Notes: generated by a model not told the origin, from the letters alone. A stretch of 64,000 bases of DNA from Minisyncoccota bacterium (GCA_041664285.1 JBAYLA010000003.1:4684-68683), one strand, 5' to 3'; numbered from the stretch's first letter, positions 9,737-19,364 are shown. Translations and numbers: made by a program.

Positions 9737-9997
9737 TTATACTAAATTTAAACGTTTATTGCGATAGAAGAGCAAGATATCTATTGAGACCATTATACTA
9801 TTGAGAATATAAAGATAAATTACTGGATCAAAATTGTAAAAAATCTTATGTAAAATTCCCGAGATATAACCAAATAAAATTACCAATAAAAATAACAAGC
9901 TTTTTCCATTATTTTGTCGAGAAGTATAAGAACGATAAATAGAAAAAGGCCAAGCAAAACCGAAACCTAACAACATTCCAATTTCAAAAATAGACAT
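9737..9997 (-). CDS. small 3-TM membrane protein (possibly LAB_N/PQ-loop-like)
   Basis: 86 aa, three hydrophobic segments; weak resemblance to lipid-A-disaccharide-synthase N-terminal-domain-like small proteins. Confidence 0.45.
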   Translation of the reverse strand: MSIFEIGMLLGFGFAWPFSIYRSYTSRQNNGKSLLFLLVILFGYISGILHKIFYNFDPVIYLYILNSIMVSIDILLFYRNKRLNLV

Positions 9998-10077
9998 ATA
10001 TTTATTATAACATAACCTAGAGACAGGTTGTGCATTTGTCTAGGCTTCACACAAGTTTTTTGCTATACTTTATAGAT

Positions 10078-10563
10078 ATGAAAGATAAGAAATTTACACT
10101 TTTTCATTTATTTTGGGGGATTGTAGGATTATTAATTGCTCAAGCTTTTCTCTTTTGGTTTTGGCCTAATGCAAGTATAAATACAGGCTTGATTTTGATT
10201 TTTGGAATAGTGGGGGTGGGGATGAATATCTATGTGGCTATTGAAGCCATTGAAGAAGTGAGTAGTCGTTTAGAGATGCTCATTTTTTTATCTCTTATCG
10301 TTTTAGAATTTATTCTATTTTTCTCTTTTGAGTACTGGTTTCTTATTTTAGAACAACCAGCAAGTTTTCCTACACTGACGGCTGACTTTCTTAATCTTGT
10401 TTTACATAGTACTATGGTGTTTATTTTTAATCCGATTCATTTACCAGCAACCGCGGTTGGGAGTGCTCTTATCCTCATTAATACTCTTGGTACTTTAGGT
10501 CTTGTTTTATTTATTCTTCAAAATGTTTGGCAACTTCGTCCCGCTAATCCTGATTCTCTCTAA
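10078..10563 (+). CDS. hypothetical polytopic membrane protein
   Basis: ATG at 10078 (track ORF begins at an upstream GTG 10030); 4-5 TM helices. Confidence 0.5.
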   Translation: MKDKKFTLFHLFWGIVGLLIAQAFLFWFWPNASINTGLILIFGIVGVGMNIYVAIEAIEEVSSRLEMLIFLSLIVLEFILFFSFEYWFLILEQPASFPTLTADFLNLVLHSTMVFIFNPIHLPATAVGSALILINTLGTLGLVLFILQNVWQLRPANPDSL

Positions 10564-11174
10564 GTTATTTTTTGTTTTAGTGCTTGCAATTTTTTCAATA
10601 AAAATGGATGAATAATCTTTTCTTCATCGTGTTCAATGAATTCTTGGGTGGAAACTGCAAGCCCCGCTTGTTCATACTCAAAAGCTTTTTCCATAGCTTG
10701 ATATTTGTCTACTTGTCTGGCAAATGAAGATACTGAATCTTGTCCATTTTCAAATCTCATCCATAATTCAAAAATTATTTTCCCTTTCTCTCCTAGCTTT
10801 TCACAAATTCTAGTCATAGCCGAGAGTTCAAGCTCATGTTTTTCTTTTCTTAAAATTTCTTCATTTACATTAGTTTTAAGAATAGCCAAATCTCCAACTG
10901 CCGGGTCTGATTCCGGCCAGTCATGAATTTCTAACATATCTAAAAGTTCTTCTAGTTCTTTCGAAGAGAATTCTGTGAGAGAATCAATTTCAGAAATAAC
11001 TAAATTCCTAGTAGAGATAATGTGTTCTTGGACAGACTCAGGATTCTTTACATCCCTATTAACCCAGCCTGTTCTTTTTAAAGCTTGGAGATTTCTTATT
11101 ACATTAGGGGCAAGATTAGAATATTTTAACTTAAATTTATTTTTTGGGAATGGTTCCATGCGTAGCACTGGCAA
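10560..11174 (-). CDS. HD-domain phosphohydrolase (YfbR-like 5'-deoxynucleotidase family)
   Basis: RTGW...ESVQEH...IHDWPE...D motifs of HD superfamily. Confidence 0.7.
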   Translation of the reverse strand: MPVLRMEPFPKNKFKLKYSNLAPNVIRNLQALKRTGWVNRDVKNPESVQEHIISTRNLVISEIDSLTEFSSKELEELLDMLEIHDWPESDPAVGDLAILKTNVNEEILRKEKHELELSAMTRICEKLGEKGKIIFELWMRFENGQDSVSSFARQVDKYQAMEKAFEYEQAGLAVSTQEFIEHDEEKIIHPFLLKKLQALKQKIT

Positions 11175-11179
11175 TAAGG

Positions 11180-12010
11180 TTATTTCAAATTTAGTTGTAA
11201 CTTGATTTTTTGAGCAATCTCGTCAGCCGTAAAATTAGCTTTAATTAAAAAATCATTGGCTCCCAAGGATAGGGCTTTTTTTCTATCCTCTTCCTCTCCC
11301 AAATTAGTAAGCATAATAACCGGTAAGTTTTTAATTGCGTTGTTTTGATGTGAACGAATTTTTTCTAGTATCTCAAAACCATTCATAGATGGTAAGATAA
11401 TATCCAATAAAACAATTAATGGAGCAAATTCTTCAATTTTTTTTATAACAACTGCTCCATCATCTACGATAAAAACATTAAAACCATCTATTTTTAATTT
11501 TTTTAACAAAATATTAGATAAAAATGAATCATCTTCAACTAATAAAACCTTAGTACCTTCATTTGACCCATCTTCTTTTTTTATATTTATATCTTCTGAT
11601 TTACTTAAAACACTACTGATTTCTTCTTTTTTTATATTTATATCTTCTGATTCACTTAAAACATTTTTGACTTTTTCCACAATCTCTTCTACATCAATCT
11701 GGGCCTTAATCATATAATCAATTGCTCCCAATTTTTTTATTTTTTCCAGTTCAACCGGCTGACCTGAATTAGAAATGATTATTATTGGAATTTTGTTGTT
11801 CTTTTTTTGCAAATTTTCCATAACTTCATAACCATTCATCTTCGGCATAATGATGTCAAGCAGAATTATATCCGGGTTCCATTCGTTAATTTTTGCTAAG
11901 CCATCTTCACCATTAACACTAATTTTTACGTCATAACCTACTTTAGTTAATTTTGCTGACAAGACATTAGCTAATACTTCCTCGTCTTCAATTATTAATA
12001 TTTTTTTCAT
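11180..12010 (-). CDS. response regulator with two tandem receiver (REC) domains and no output domain
   Basis: Two CheY-like domains (IIEDEE..D..LLDIIMP.MNG ; LLVEDD..D..LLDIILP.MNG...K) separated by a duplicated SEDINIKKE linker. Confidence 0.85.
   Translation of the reverse strand: MKKILIIEDEEVLANVLSAKLTKVGYDVKISVNGEDGLAKINEWNPDIILLDIIMPKMNGYEVMENLQKKNNKIPIIIISNSGQPVELEKIKKLGAIDYMIKAQIDVEEIVEKVKNVLSESEDINIKKEEISSVLSKSEDINIKKEDGSNEGTKVLLVEDDSFLSNILLKKLKIDGFNVFIVDDGAVVIKKIEEFAPLIVLLDIILPSMNGFEILEKIRSHQNNAIKNLPVIMLTNLGEEEDRKKALSLGANDFLIKANFTADEIAQKIKLQLNLK
11576..11669. repeat. 2 x ~51 bp tandem direct repeat inside tandem-REC gene (encodes duplicated linker)
   Basis: TTTTTTATATTTATATCTTCTGATT[TC]ACTTAAAACA repeated. 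Confidence 0.5.
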
Positions 12011-12040
12011 ATTTATTTATGTATATTATAAACTATTTTA

Positions 12041-14149
12041 TTAAATATTTCCAACAATAGGAATAAAAAAGTCTACTTCTGTGCCCTTACCTTCTTCGCT
12101 TTTCAAACTAATCGTGCCATTATGTTTTTCTATAATATTCTTAACTAAAAATAATCCCAATCCAGATCCTTCCGTTTCCAGCTTAATCGCATTAGCTGCT
12201 CTAAAAAACTTAGAAAACAACTTTGGTTGATCAGTGTCTGGGATACCCACTCCCTGATCTTTAATTTTAACATGCAAACTCTGCTTGTCAATTTCAGCAA
12301 GAATTTGAATTTTTCCGTATTCGGGAGTGTAATTTATGGCATTACTTAATAAATTTTGCATAACCATGACCATTCTTTCTTTATCTAAAGATATTTTTGG
12401 TAGTCCGGTGGGGATTTCAACATTTAACTCTTGATGATTTTTTGCCACCAAACTATCGATATTACTAATCGCTATATCTAAAACTTCTTTAAAATCAGAA
12501 ATTTCAAAATTAAATCCGAATCTGCCTTCTTCAATACGGGAAACATTTAATAAATCATTAACTAATCTAATTACTCTCTCATTGCTTATATATCCTTTAT
12601 TTAATAATTCTTGCTGTTCCGCGTTTAATTTTCCGGCATCACCTTCTAAAACCATCTTAATTCCCCACTTAATAGCTGACAGAGGGGTTCTTAGTTGATG
12701 GGCAGCTATGGAAATAAATTCTGACTTGATTTTATCAATTCCTTTTTCGCGAGTGGTGTCATAAAATATTTTCATCACGCCAATCTGCTCGTTATTAATA
12801 TCTAATACTTTAGCTGTAATAACTTTATAGGTAGATTCTCGTTGATTTTCTTTTATAGTAATTTCTTCATTTATAAAAATTTGTTCCTTGGTATTTTCCT
12901 TAATTTCCTTAATCTCATAATATTTTTTAATAACTGATTTAAAATTGGAAATGCTAAATTTATTGTCTGTAGCTATTTGTTTATCTAAATCGGCGTTACT
13001 TAAACCAAAAACCCTAGAAGCAGCCGGGTTAATTATATTGATTTTATAATGTTTATCTAAAACAATGATTGGGTCAGTAAAATTAGCAATAATAGCCATG
13101 GTTTTATTTTTTTCCTTTTCCATTTCTTCGCGAGCCTTGGTGTTGTCTTCTAAAATATTAAGTAAAGCTTTTTTTGATTCATCTAACTCTTTTATTTTAT
13201 TTTGTAGCTCTTCAGTTTTTTTACTTACTTTTTTTTCTAAATTTAAATTTAACTCTTCTAATTCCTTGGCTAACTTTTTAGTTTTTTCTTCTTTTATAAT
13301 TTCTTGATTAGCTGATTTAATTAAAAGATAGCCGATTATTATATAAAGTAAAAATATAATTGAACTAATTATTCGTGCCTGTCCGCCTTGAGTTAAAAAT
13401 ATTTGAATAAATAAAACTAAGCCGATTAACATCGTTAGTAGTTCTGTCAAAACCAACTTAATTTCAAATAAATTATTTTTTAAAATAGCATATGCTGTGA
13501 AAATTACTAAAAAAATAGATAAATAGGGGGTTAATTCATTAGAAATAGGGTTAACGGTGCGATCAAACACCGGCCAAATTCCGCTAAAAATTAAAGGGCC
13601 AATAGTTGATAATAATACTCCCCAAATAAAATATTTTATTTGCCATTTTTTAAAGCCAGATTCTTTATAATATGCTCTAACTAAATAATAAAGTCCCAAA
13701 CAAGAAATTAAAACTACGAAAGGTTTACCTAATAAAATATTTAAAGTTCCGGTGGTTTCAGAGTTAAGGTATGGATAATCCGGACTAACGGCAGTCATAA
13801 AATATGGTGTAGCTATAGCCATATAACTCATGAGTATTCCGGTTACGTTTAAAAAAATAATTTTTAACCTTATATACTTAACGTGATTAGTAAAATAATA
13901 AACAAAAATCAGATAATAAGCGCTAAGCATAAAGGCTCCTACCCAATGGGCTCTAGACCAAAATAATTTATTGCTGTTAGGGAAATATACAGCCGCCCAA
14001 CTAAAACACAATGAAGCATAAAAGAAAAAACACCAACCTAAATGAAACGTAGCTTTGTTTTTGCCTCCTCGCCATACTATATAAGCCGCTAGAATATTCA
14101 AAAGGGCGAGAATAAACATTATAATAGCTTTGATTTTTTCAATATCCAT
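12041..14149 (-). CDS. sensor histidine kinase, polytopic N-terminal domain + coiled coil + PAS + HisKA + HATPase_c
   Basis: ~8 TM helices; H-box SIAAHQLRTPL; N, G1, G2 boxes (NLLSNAINYT, DQGVGIP, GSGLGL). Confidence 0.9.
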   Translation of the reverse strand: MDIEKIKAIIMFILALLNILAAYIVWRGGKNKATFHLGWCFFFYASLCFSWAAVYFPNSNKLFWSRAHWVGAFMLSAYYLIFVYYFTNHVKYIRLKIIFLNVTGILMSYMAIATPYFMTAVSPDYPYLNSETTGTLNILLGKPFVVLISCLGLYYLVRAYYKESGFKKWQIKYFIWGVLLSTIGPLIFSGIWPVFDRTVNPISNELTPYLSIFLVIFTAYAILKNNLFEIKLVLTELLTMLIGLVLFIQIFLTQGGQARIISSIIFLLYIIIGYLLIKSANQEIIKEEKTKKLAKELEELNLNLEKKVSKKTEELQNKIKELDESKKALLNILEDNTKAREEMEKEKNKTMAIIANFTDPIIVLDKHYKINIINPAASRVFGLSNADLDKQIATDNKFSISNFKSVIKKYYEIKEIKENTKEQIFINEEITIKENQRESTYKVITAKVLDINNEQIGVMKIFYDTTREKGIDKIKSEFISIAAHQLRTPLSAIKWGIKMVLEGDAGKLNAEQQELLNKGYISNERVIRLVNDLLNVSRIEEGRFGFNFEISDFKEVLDIAISNIDSLVAKNHQELNVEIPTGLPKISLDKERMVMVMQNLLSNAINYTPEYGKIQILAEIDKQSLHVKIKDQGVGIPDTDQPKLFSKFFRAANAIKLETEGSGLGLFLVKNIIEKHNGTISLKSEEGKGTEVDFFIPIVGNI
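12044..12790. repeat. ~750 bp direct repeat (3' end of HK gene), ~85-90% identical to 15001-15745
   Basis: Near-identical DNA and protein (HisKA+HATPase) between the two kinase genes. Confidence 0.6.
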
Positions 14150-14151
14150 GA

Positions 14152-14964
14152 CTATTTTTGATTATTTTCTGTCAATCTAGTAATTTCTTTTTTTAATTCT
14201 ATCATTTTTAATTCTCTGCCCACTACTTGTTTTTCGAATCTCTCTAGCTCAGCAACTTTATTATCTAATTCTTGATTGCTGGCAATTAATTTTTCACTAT
14301 GTTGGGCTAATTCTTTAGTTTGTTCGTTTAACTGCTGCCCTTTTTCTTTAAGTAATGCCTCTCGTTCAAATAATATTTTGGCGCTATAACCAGAAAATGA
14401 TCCAACGATGATATAAAAAATAGCTGTGGTTACTGTTTTTGTTAAAGCAATAGATAAATTTTGAAACTCAATAGTTGTTACGTCATAACGGGGGATATGG
14501 GCAATAATTCCGTAATATTCAGCTACAACTAATAAATTAATTAAAACACCAGCAACAATGGCGGTTACAATTGAGCCTCTGTACCCAAAAATTAACGAAG
14601 CGGAAACTACTGGCATAAAAAAGAAAACTGTAGAGATACTTTCAACTCCTCCGGCCGAATGCATAATTATGATAAAAAAAACCAACTCTAAAATAATCTG
14701 AACATAATTAATTAAAGTTAACAATCCTTTAGAAAAATTCTTTTGTACCTTCTTTATCGCAAAATATAATATTAAATTTATAACTCCAAAAATAATAAAT
14801 AATAAAACCATAGTGGCAAAAGGAAAGCCAACATTAGAGTGGCTGATAGTTTTAGTTAAAACACCGATTAACAAAACTGCAACCATATAAATCCAGCGAG
14901 TTTTAATAATCCACTCGCTAGTAGTGATTTTTCGTTCTAAGCTTCCGTTCACATCTTTTGACAT
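14152..14964 (-). CDS. 6-TM membrane protein with C-terminal signalling-helix/coiled coil, no kinase domain (paralog of 17184-18053)
   Basis: C-terminal ...ELERFEKQVVGRELKMIELKKEI; immediately upstream of kinase gene. Confidence 0.6.
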   Translation of the reverse strand: MSKDVNGSLERKITTSEWIIKTRWIYMVAVLLIGVLTKTISHSNVGFPFATMVLLFIIFGVINLILYFAIKKVQKNFSKGLLTLINYVQIILELVFFIIIMHSAGGVESISTVFFFMPVVSASLIFGYRGSIVTAIVAGVLINLLVVAEYYGIIAHIPRYDVTTIEFQNLSIALTKTVTTAIFYIIVGSFSGYSAKILFEREALLKEKGQQLNEQTKELAQHSEKLIASNQELDNKVAELERFEKQVVGRELKMIELKKEITRLTENNQK

Positions 14965-14997
14965 AAAATTATTTTAGCTGTCAATTAATTTTAAAAT

Positions 14998-16560
14998 CTA
15001 AGTTTTATTAATTGGTAAAGTAAAGCTTACTTCTGTGCCTTTACCTTCTTCGCTTTTCAAACTAATCGTGCCATTATGTTTTTCTATAATATTCTTAACT
15101 AAAAATAATCCCAATCCAGATCCCTCTGTTTTCATCTTAATCGCATTGGATGCTCTAAAAAACTTAGAAAACATTTTAGGTTGATCTTCTTTAGGAATAC
15201 CTACTCCTTGATCTTTAATTTTGACATTAAGATACTGCTTATCAATTTCAATAATTATTTGAATTTTGCCATATTCTGGAGTGTATTTTATAGCATTACT
15301 TAATAAATTCTGCATAACCATGACCATTCTTTCTTTATCTAAAGATATTTTTGGTAGTCCGGTGGGGATTTCAACATTTAACTCTTGATGATTTTGGGTC
15401 ACTAGACTATCAACGTTGCTAACAGCTACATTTAAAATTTCCTGAAAATCAGTTTTCTCAAAATTAAATCCAAATCTGCCTTCTTCAATACGGGAAACAT
15501 TTAATAAATCATTAACTAACAGGATAATTCTTTCATTGCTTTGATACCCTTTATTGAGTAGTTCTTGCTGTTCGGCATTTAATTTGCCCATATCGCCATC
15601 CAATATCATTTTTATTATCCACTTAATAGCCGAGAGAGGTGTTCTTAATTGATGAGCGGCGATAGAAATGAATTCAGACTTCATTTTATCAATTGCTTTT
15701 TCACGTGTTGTGTCGTAAAAGATCTTCATTAATCCGAGATAATTTAGATTTTTATCCAAAACTTTAGAAGTAACAACTTTATAAACCCTTTCTTCGTTGT
15801 TATACGTAACAATAGCTTCTTCCAGTTTGGTGCCATCCGATTCCTCAATCAATTTTTCAACCGAGAATTTATTATGAATAATGTTGGCAAAATTATTCAA
15901 ACTAAAGTTATTGCTATCTAATATTTCAATACCCAGATCATTATCACTGATGTTTAAAATTTCTTTGGCTGAGGAATTAAATAGTGCTAGCTTGTGGTAA
16001 TTATTTAAAAAAATAATCGGGGTTGAAAAACTTGATACTAAAGCCATGGTCTTCTCTTTTTCTGTTTCAGCTTTTTTCTTTTCTTCGTTGACATCCTCCA
16101 GCATATTCAGCAAAGCTTTCTGAGATTTTTGTAGCTTTCCTTCACTTTCCTTAAAACTTGTAAGATCAAAAAAACTTATAAAAAAACCAATAATTTCTCC
16201 TTGTTGATTTTTTCGCAGTAAAGTAGAAACACCGACATAAATCTGATTTGTGTCTTTAGTTTTAAAAATAACCTCTAGAGAAGACAATGACCCTTTTTCG
16301 ATTGTTGTTTTGGTTATTTGTTCAACATCTGAATTGCTGAGAAGTTTTTTTAATGTCTCGCCAACAAGTTCTTCTGTTCCATATCCAGAAATTTTTTCTA
16401 TGGATGGATTTGTTTCTAAAATAATGCCCGTCGGACTAACCATGCATATTGGTAGAGGTAAAAAAGAAAATAAATCACGCGCGTAGCTTTCTAGTAATGT
16501 CAAATCATCCAGCATAATGGCAACTTTATCTTTTTCTGAAGTGAGGTTTTTTATTTCCAT
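14998..16560 (-). CDS. cytoplasmic sensor histidine kinase (PAS - coiled coil - PAS - HisKA - HATPase_c), no TM
   Basis: H-box SIAAHQLRTPL, HATPase motifs; C-terminal ~245 aa ~88% identical to 12041-14149 product. Confidence 0.9.
   Translation of the reverse strand: MEIKNLTSEKDKVAIMLDDLTLLESYARDLFSFLPLPICMVSPTGIILETNPSIEKISGYGTEELVGETLKKLLSNSDVEQITKTTIEKGSLSSLEVIFKTKDTNQIYVGVSTLLRKNQQGEIIGFFISFFDLTSFKESEGKLQKSQKALLNMLEDVNEEKKKAETEKEKTMALVSSFSTPIIFLNNYHKLALFNSSAKEILNISDNDLGIEILDSNNFSLNNFANIIHNKFSVEKLIEESDGTKLEEAIVTYNNEERVYKVVTSKVLDKNLNYLGLMKIFYDTTREKAIDKMKSEFISIAAHQLRTPLSAIKWIIKMILDGDMGKLNAEQQELLNKGYQSNERIILLVNDLLNVSRIEEGRFGFNFEKTDFQEILNVAVSNVDSLVTQNHQELNVEIPTGLPKISLDKERMVMVMQNLLSNAIKYTPEYGKIQIIIEIDKQYLNVKIKDQGVGIPKEDQPKMFSKFFRASNAIKMKTEGSGLGLFLVKNIIEKHNGTISLKSEEGKGTEVSFTLPINKT
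15001..15745. repeat. second copy of ~750 bp HK 3'-end repeat
   Basis: see 12044-12790. Confidence 0.6.
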
Positions 16561-17162
16561 GTTACTTTATATTCATGATATTCATCTCCTCGGGAAAGAC
16601 ACTTTGTTTCTTCGAAATTGATTTCGTCGCTTTTAAATAACATATGAAAAAATCCACAAAAATAACTTCCTAGATACATACAGAAAATAGGATGTAATTC
16701 GTTGTTATTTTTTATTTGGAAAATTGAATATTTTTTTTCTTCATTAAGCTCTAAAGGGATAAGATCTCCTGAAGTATAATGTTTATGCCAAATTTTGGGG
16801 GCTTCTTCAAAAAATACCTTTTCCTTAGAAAGGAAATAATTAATAAACAATTTGAGCATTAGCGATGTTTTACTGGCAAACATTCCCATTTCTTTCATTT
16901 TTTTATCATCAAAAGAGAAAACTTTCTTTATAGCTAGCAGAGAAATAACACGTAAACCTATAGGATTAAAAGATAGTGTTTCAATTTTTTTATAATCAAT
17001 TGGACAACCAAGAGAAGCTAACTCTTCTTCTAACTTCTTTAATCCATCTTCACCCTTTTCTCTCAAAATATAGTTGCAGTCTGTTTTAAAAACTACCCCT
17101 CTAACTTCTCCCGGGGAAGCCATTAATTTATCAATCAATTCTTTATTTAATTCTTGGTTCAT
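16551..17162 (-). CDS. ~200-aa cytoplasmic protein of unknown family (paralog of 18130-18738); possible ligand-binding/sensor accessory
   Basis: Shared motifs GEVRG...KEKGE[DE]GLKK...HPI[FH]C...[KT]C..RGDEYH; no TM. Confidence 0.5.
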   Translation of the reverse strand: MNQELNKELIDKLMASPGEVRGVVFKTDCNYILREKGEDGLKKLEEELASLGCPIDYKKIETLSFNPIGLRVISLLAIKKVFSFDDKKMKEMGMFASKTSLMLKLFINYFLSKEKVFFEEAPKIWHKHYTSGDLIPLELNEEKKYSIFQIKNNNELHPIFCMYLGSYFCGFFHMLFKSDEINFEETKCLSRGDEYHEYKVTWK

Positions 17163-17183
17163 AATAATATATTAGATTAATTT

Positions 17184-18053
17184 TTAATTTGTTGTATTAA
17201 TTTTAGCGTTTGTTATTTTTTTAATTTCTTCTTTTAATTCTACCATTTTCAATTCACGATCAACAGAAAGTTCTTGAAATCTTTTTAGGTCTTTCATTTT
17301 ATTTTCTAAGTCCTCAGTTCTTTTTTGTACTTGATTGTCTAAATTATTAGCTATATCTTGTAATTCTTTTGTTCTGGCGAGAACTCTTTCTTCTAGTACA
17401 GCTTTGGATTTTTCTAATTCGACTTTTGTTTTTTCTAACTCCCCGGTTCTTTTTCTAAGAATGTCGGTAAGACCACTGGTTGCAAGGCCGGACAAAATAA
17501 ACGTTACAAAAACAAAAGAAAGAGTGGCAACAACATATTTGGGATCTAGATAGAGATTTTCCCTGAATTGAGCAAAGGGAATATAGGGAATTATCTGAAA
17601 GTATTCCAAACAGGTCAATGCTCCGAACCACAAAAAAGCAACCAGGCTTACCAAAGTTCCTTTTATTTTATCTAAAACAATATTGCAATAAATAATAGTA
17701 AAAAGATAAAAAATAACTCCTATCCATACGATGCCACCATTAGCATAGATAATAATTGTTAAAAAAAATAATTCAAATATAGTAGAATAGACAAGATATA
17801 AATTGCTGATTCCTGAAACAGTTTCCATTTTCTTGACTAGGGTTTTAAAAATAAGAGCACTTATAATCCAAAAAAAGATAATTAGAACAGTAAGCCAAGT
17901 GTATTGAGAATGGGGGAAAAAATCTAGTGACCAAATAAGCAAAACGCCCAAAAAAAATGAGATAAGCGTTACAAGTCTTAGCTTTAATGTATATGCAGTT
18001 TTATCAAGAATGTCCCTTAACTCTGGGGTTTCGTCTAAAACTTTAATTGGCAT
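17184..18053 (-). CDS. 6-TM membrane protein with C-terminal coiled coil (paralog of 14152-14964)
   Basis: C-terminal ...RFQELSVDRELKMVELKEEI mirrors paralog. Confidence 0.6.
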   Translation of the reverse strand: MPIKVLDETPELRDILDKTAYTLKLRLVTLISFFLGVLLIWSLDFFPHSQYTWLTVLIIFFWIISALIFKTLVKKMETVSGISNLYLVYSTIFELFFLTIIIYANGGIVWIGVIFYLFTIIYCNIVLDKIKGTLVSLVAFLWFGALTCLEYFQIIPYIPFAQFRENLYLDPKYVVATLSFVFVTFILSGLATSGLTDILRKRTGELEKTKVELEKSKAVLEERVLARTKELQDIANNLDNQVQKRTEDLENKMKDLKRFQELSVDRELKMVELKEEIKKITNAKINTTN

Positions 18054-18129
18054 AAAATTTCTTGATGAATTATTTTTATACTTCTATTTTAGCATATTTA
18101 AATAGGAATATATATTGAAAATTAATAAG

Positions 18130-18738
18130 CTACCATTTAATTAAAAATTGATGGTACTCATCTCCTCGGTGAACGCATTTTATCTCCTGACAATCTATTA
18201 TTGTCTTAGTGTCAGAAGCCAACTTTACTATATTTGAAAAATAACCACTAAGATGTAAGCAATGTATTGGGTGAAAATTAAAATTTTTAATGTCTACAAT
18301 TATATATTTTTTTTCCTCATTTATTTCTTCAACAACTAAATCACCAATCGTGTAATATTTTCTCCACATCTCAGGTGCCTTTTGGGCCAAAGAATTCATA
18401 GAGCCCATATAATATTGGAAAAATAATTTAATAATATAAGAAAGCTTAGAGCCTAAAATGCCAATTTCTTTCATTTTTTCATCACTAAAATTAAAAGTTT
18501 TCTTTATAACAAGTAATCCTATTATTTCTTGCCATATTGGGTAAAATTCCCACTTATTTAATTCTTTCTGTCCTCTTGTAACACCAAGACGGGCTACTGC
18601 TTCTTCAAACTTTTTTAACCCTTCTTTACCTTTTTCTTTAATAATAAAATCACTCTCGTTTATAAGAGCTATGCCTCTTACTTCACCCTTTTTGTTCATC
18701 AATTGACTTATTTCTTCTTGCAAAATTATTTCTTCCAT
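18130..18738 (-). CDS. ~200-aa cytoplasmic protein, paralog of 16551-17162
   Basis: same conserved Cys/His-containing motifs. Confidence 0.5.
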   Translation of the reverse strand: MEEIILQEEISQLMNKKGEVRGIALINESDFIIKEKGKEGLKKFEEAVARLGVTRGQKELNKWEFYPIWQEIIGLLVIKKTFNFSDEKMKEIGILGSKLSYIIKLFFQYYMGSMNSLAQKAPEMWRKYYTIGDLVVEEINEEKKYIIVDIKNFNFHPIHCLHLSGYFSNIVKLASDTKTIIDCQEIKCVHRGDEYHQFLIKW

Positions 18739-18811
18739 ATAATTTAAAAATTATTCTTTATATTTCTATTTTAACATATTTTAATAGGAATATATGGAGT
18801 TGCTTTCAATG

Positions 18812-18896
18812 CGGAGGCGGTGAGATTCGAACTCACGGTGCCTTGCGGCACTCCTGTTTTCAAGACAGGTGCACTAAACCACTATGCGACGCCTCC
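18812..18896 (-). tRNA. tRNA-Ser (anticodon TGA), long variable arm
   Basis: Acceptor GGAGGCG/CGCCTCC, anticodon stem CCTGT/ACAGG loop CTTGAAA, variable arm AGTGCCGCAAGGCACC, T-arm GTGAG-TTCGAATC-CTCAC. Confidence 0.85.
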
Positions 18897-18944
18897 GTTT
18901 ATTTAATTTTTACCGAGCTTAGTTAATCCAGAGACCTCATTGTA

Positions 18945-18966
18945 CTAAATACTATGCGACGCCTCC
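18945..18966. repeat. 22-nt direct repeat of tRNA-Ser 5' end (CTAAA..ACTATGCGACGCCTCC), 70 bp from the tRNA
   Basis: 18875-18896 vs 18945-18966, 20/22 identical. Confidence 0.5.
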
Positions 18967-19016
18967 ATACCACAAACCCTACTGTATTTTTGCTTTTTTC
19001 TCAAGTTTTTAAAACT

Positions 19017-19045
19017 AAAATACCCCAGATAATCCGGGGTATTTT
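19017..19045. terminator. rho-independent terminator hairpin AAAATACCCC-agataatcc-GGGGTATTTT
   Basis: 10-bp stem with A/T-rich flanks directly after 19054-19317 gene 3' end. Confidence 0.6.
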
Positions 19046-19053
19046 AGTTTTGT

Positions 19054-19317
19054 TTATTGATTTGATGGCTTTTCTATGGTAATGATTTCTTTGATATCAG
19101 CCCACTTCTTTTTAGCAATATAGAAAATATATATAATTTCTAATATTCCAACAGTGTTTACTACCAATAACACAAGAAACCACACTTTTTGGTTGTTTTT
19201 GCCAGCTATCCACAAAGCACAACCCTTCCAAAACAAAGACCATATTAAAATTGGTAAAATAGCCCAACCCCAACTACTCAAACCATTATACATTAACAAT
19301 GCATTATATTGTTCCAT
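19054..19317 (-). CDS. small membrane protein, unknown function
   Basis: 87 aa, two or three TM helices, Trp-rich. Confidence 0.45.
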   Translation of the reverse strand: MEQYNALLMYNGLSSWGWAILPILIWSLFWKGCALWIAGKNNQKVWFLVLLVVNTVGILEIIYIFYIAKKKWADIKEIITIEKPSNQ

Positions 19318-19364
19318 AATAGGGTATTATACCATAAATAGATTTTTATGTTAATATTCTTCAT

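Noticed and set aside
660-18000. Numerous 60-100 aa ORFs nested antisense inside long genes (e.g. 660-848, 1875-2168, 2699-2977, 5115-5390, 6778-6963, 13065-13307, 16250-16486, 17335-17553)
   Set aside because: Fully embedded in confidently assigned CDSs on the other strand; low-complexity translations; no start context.
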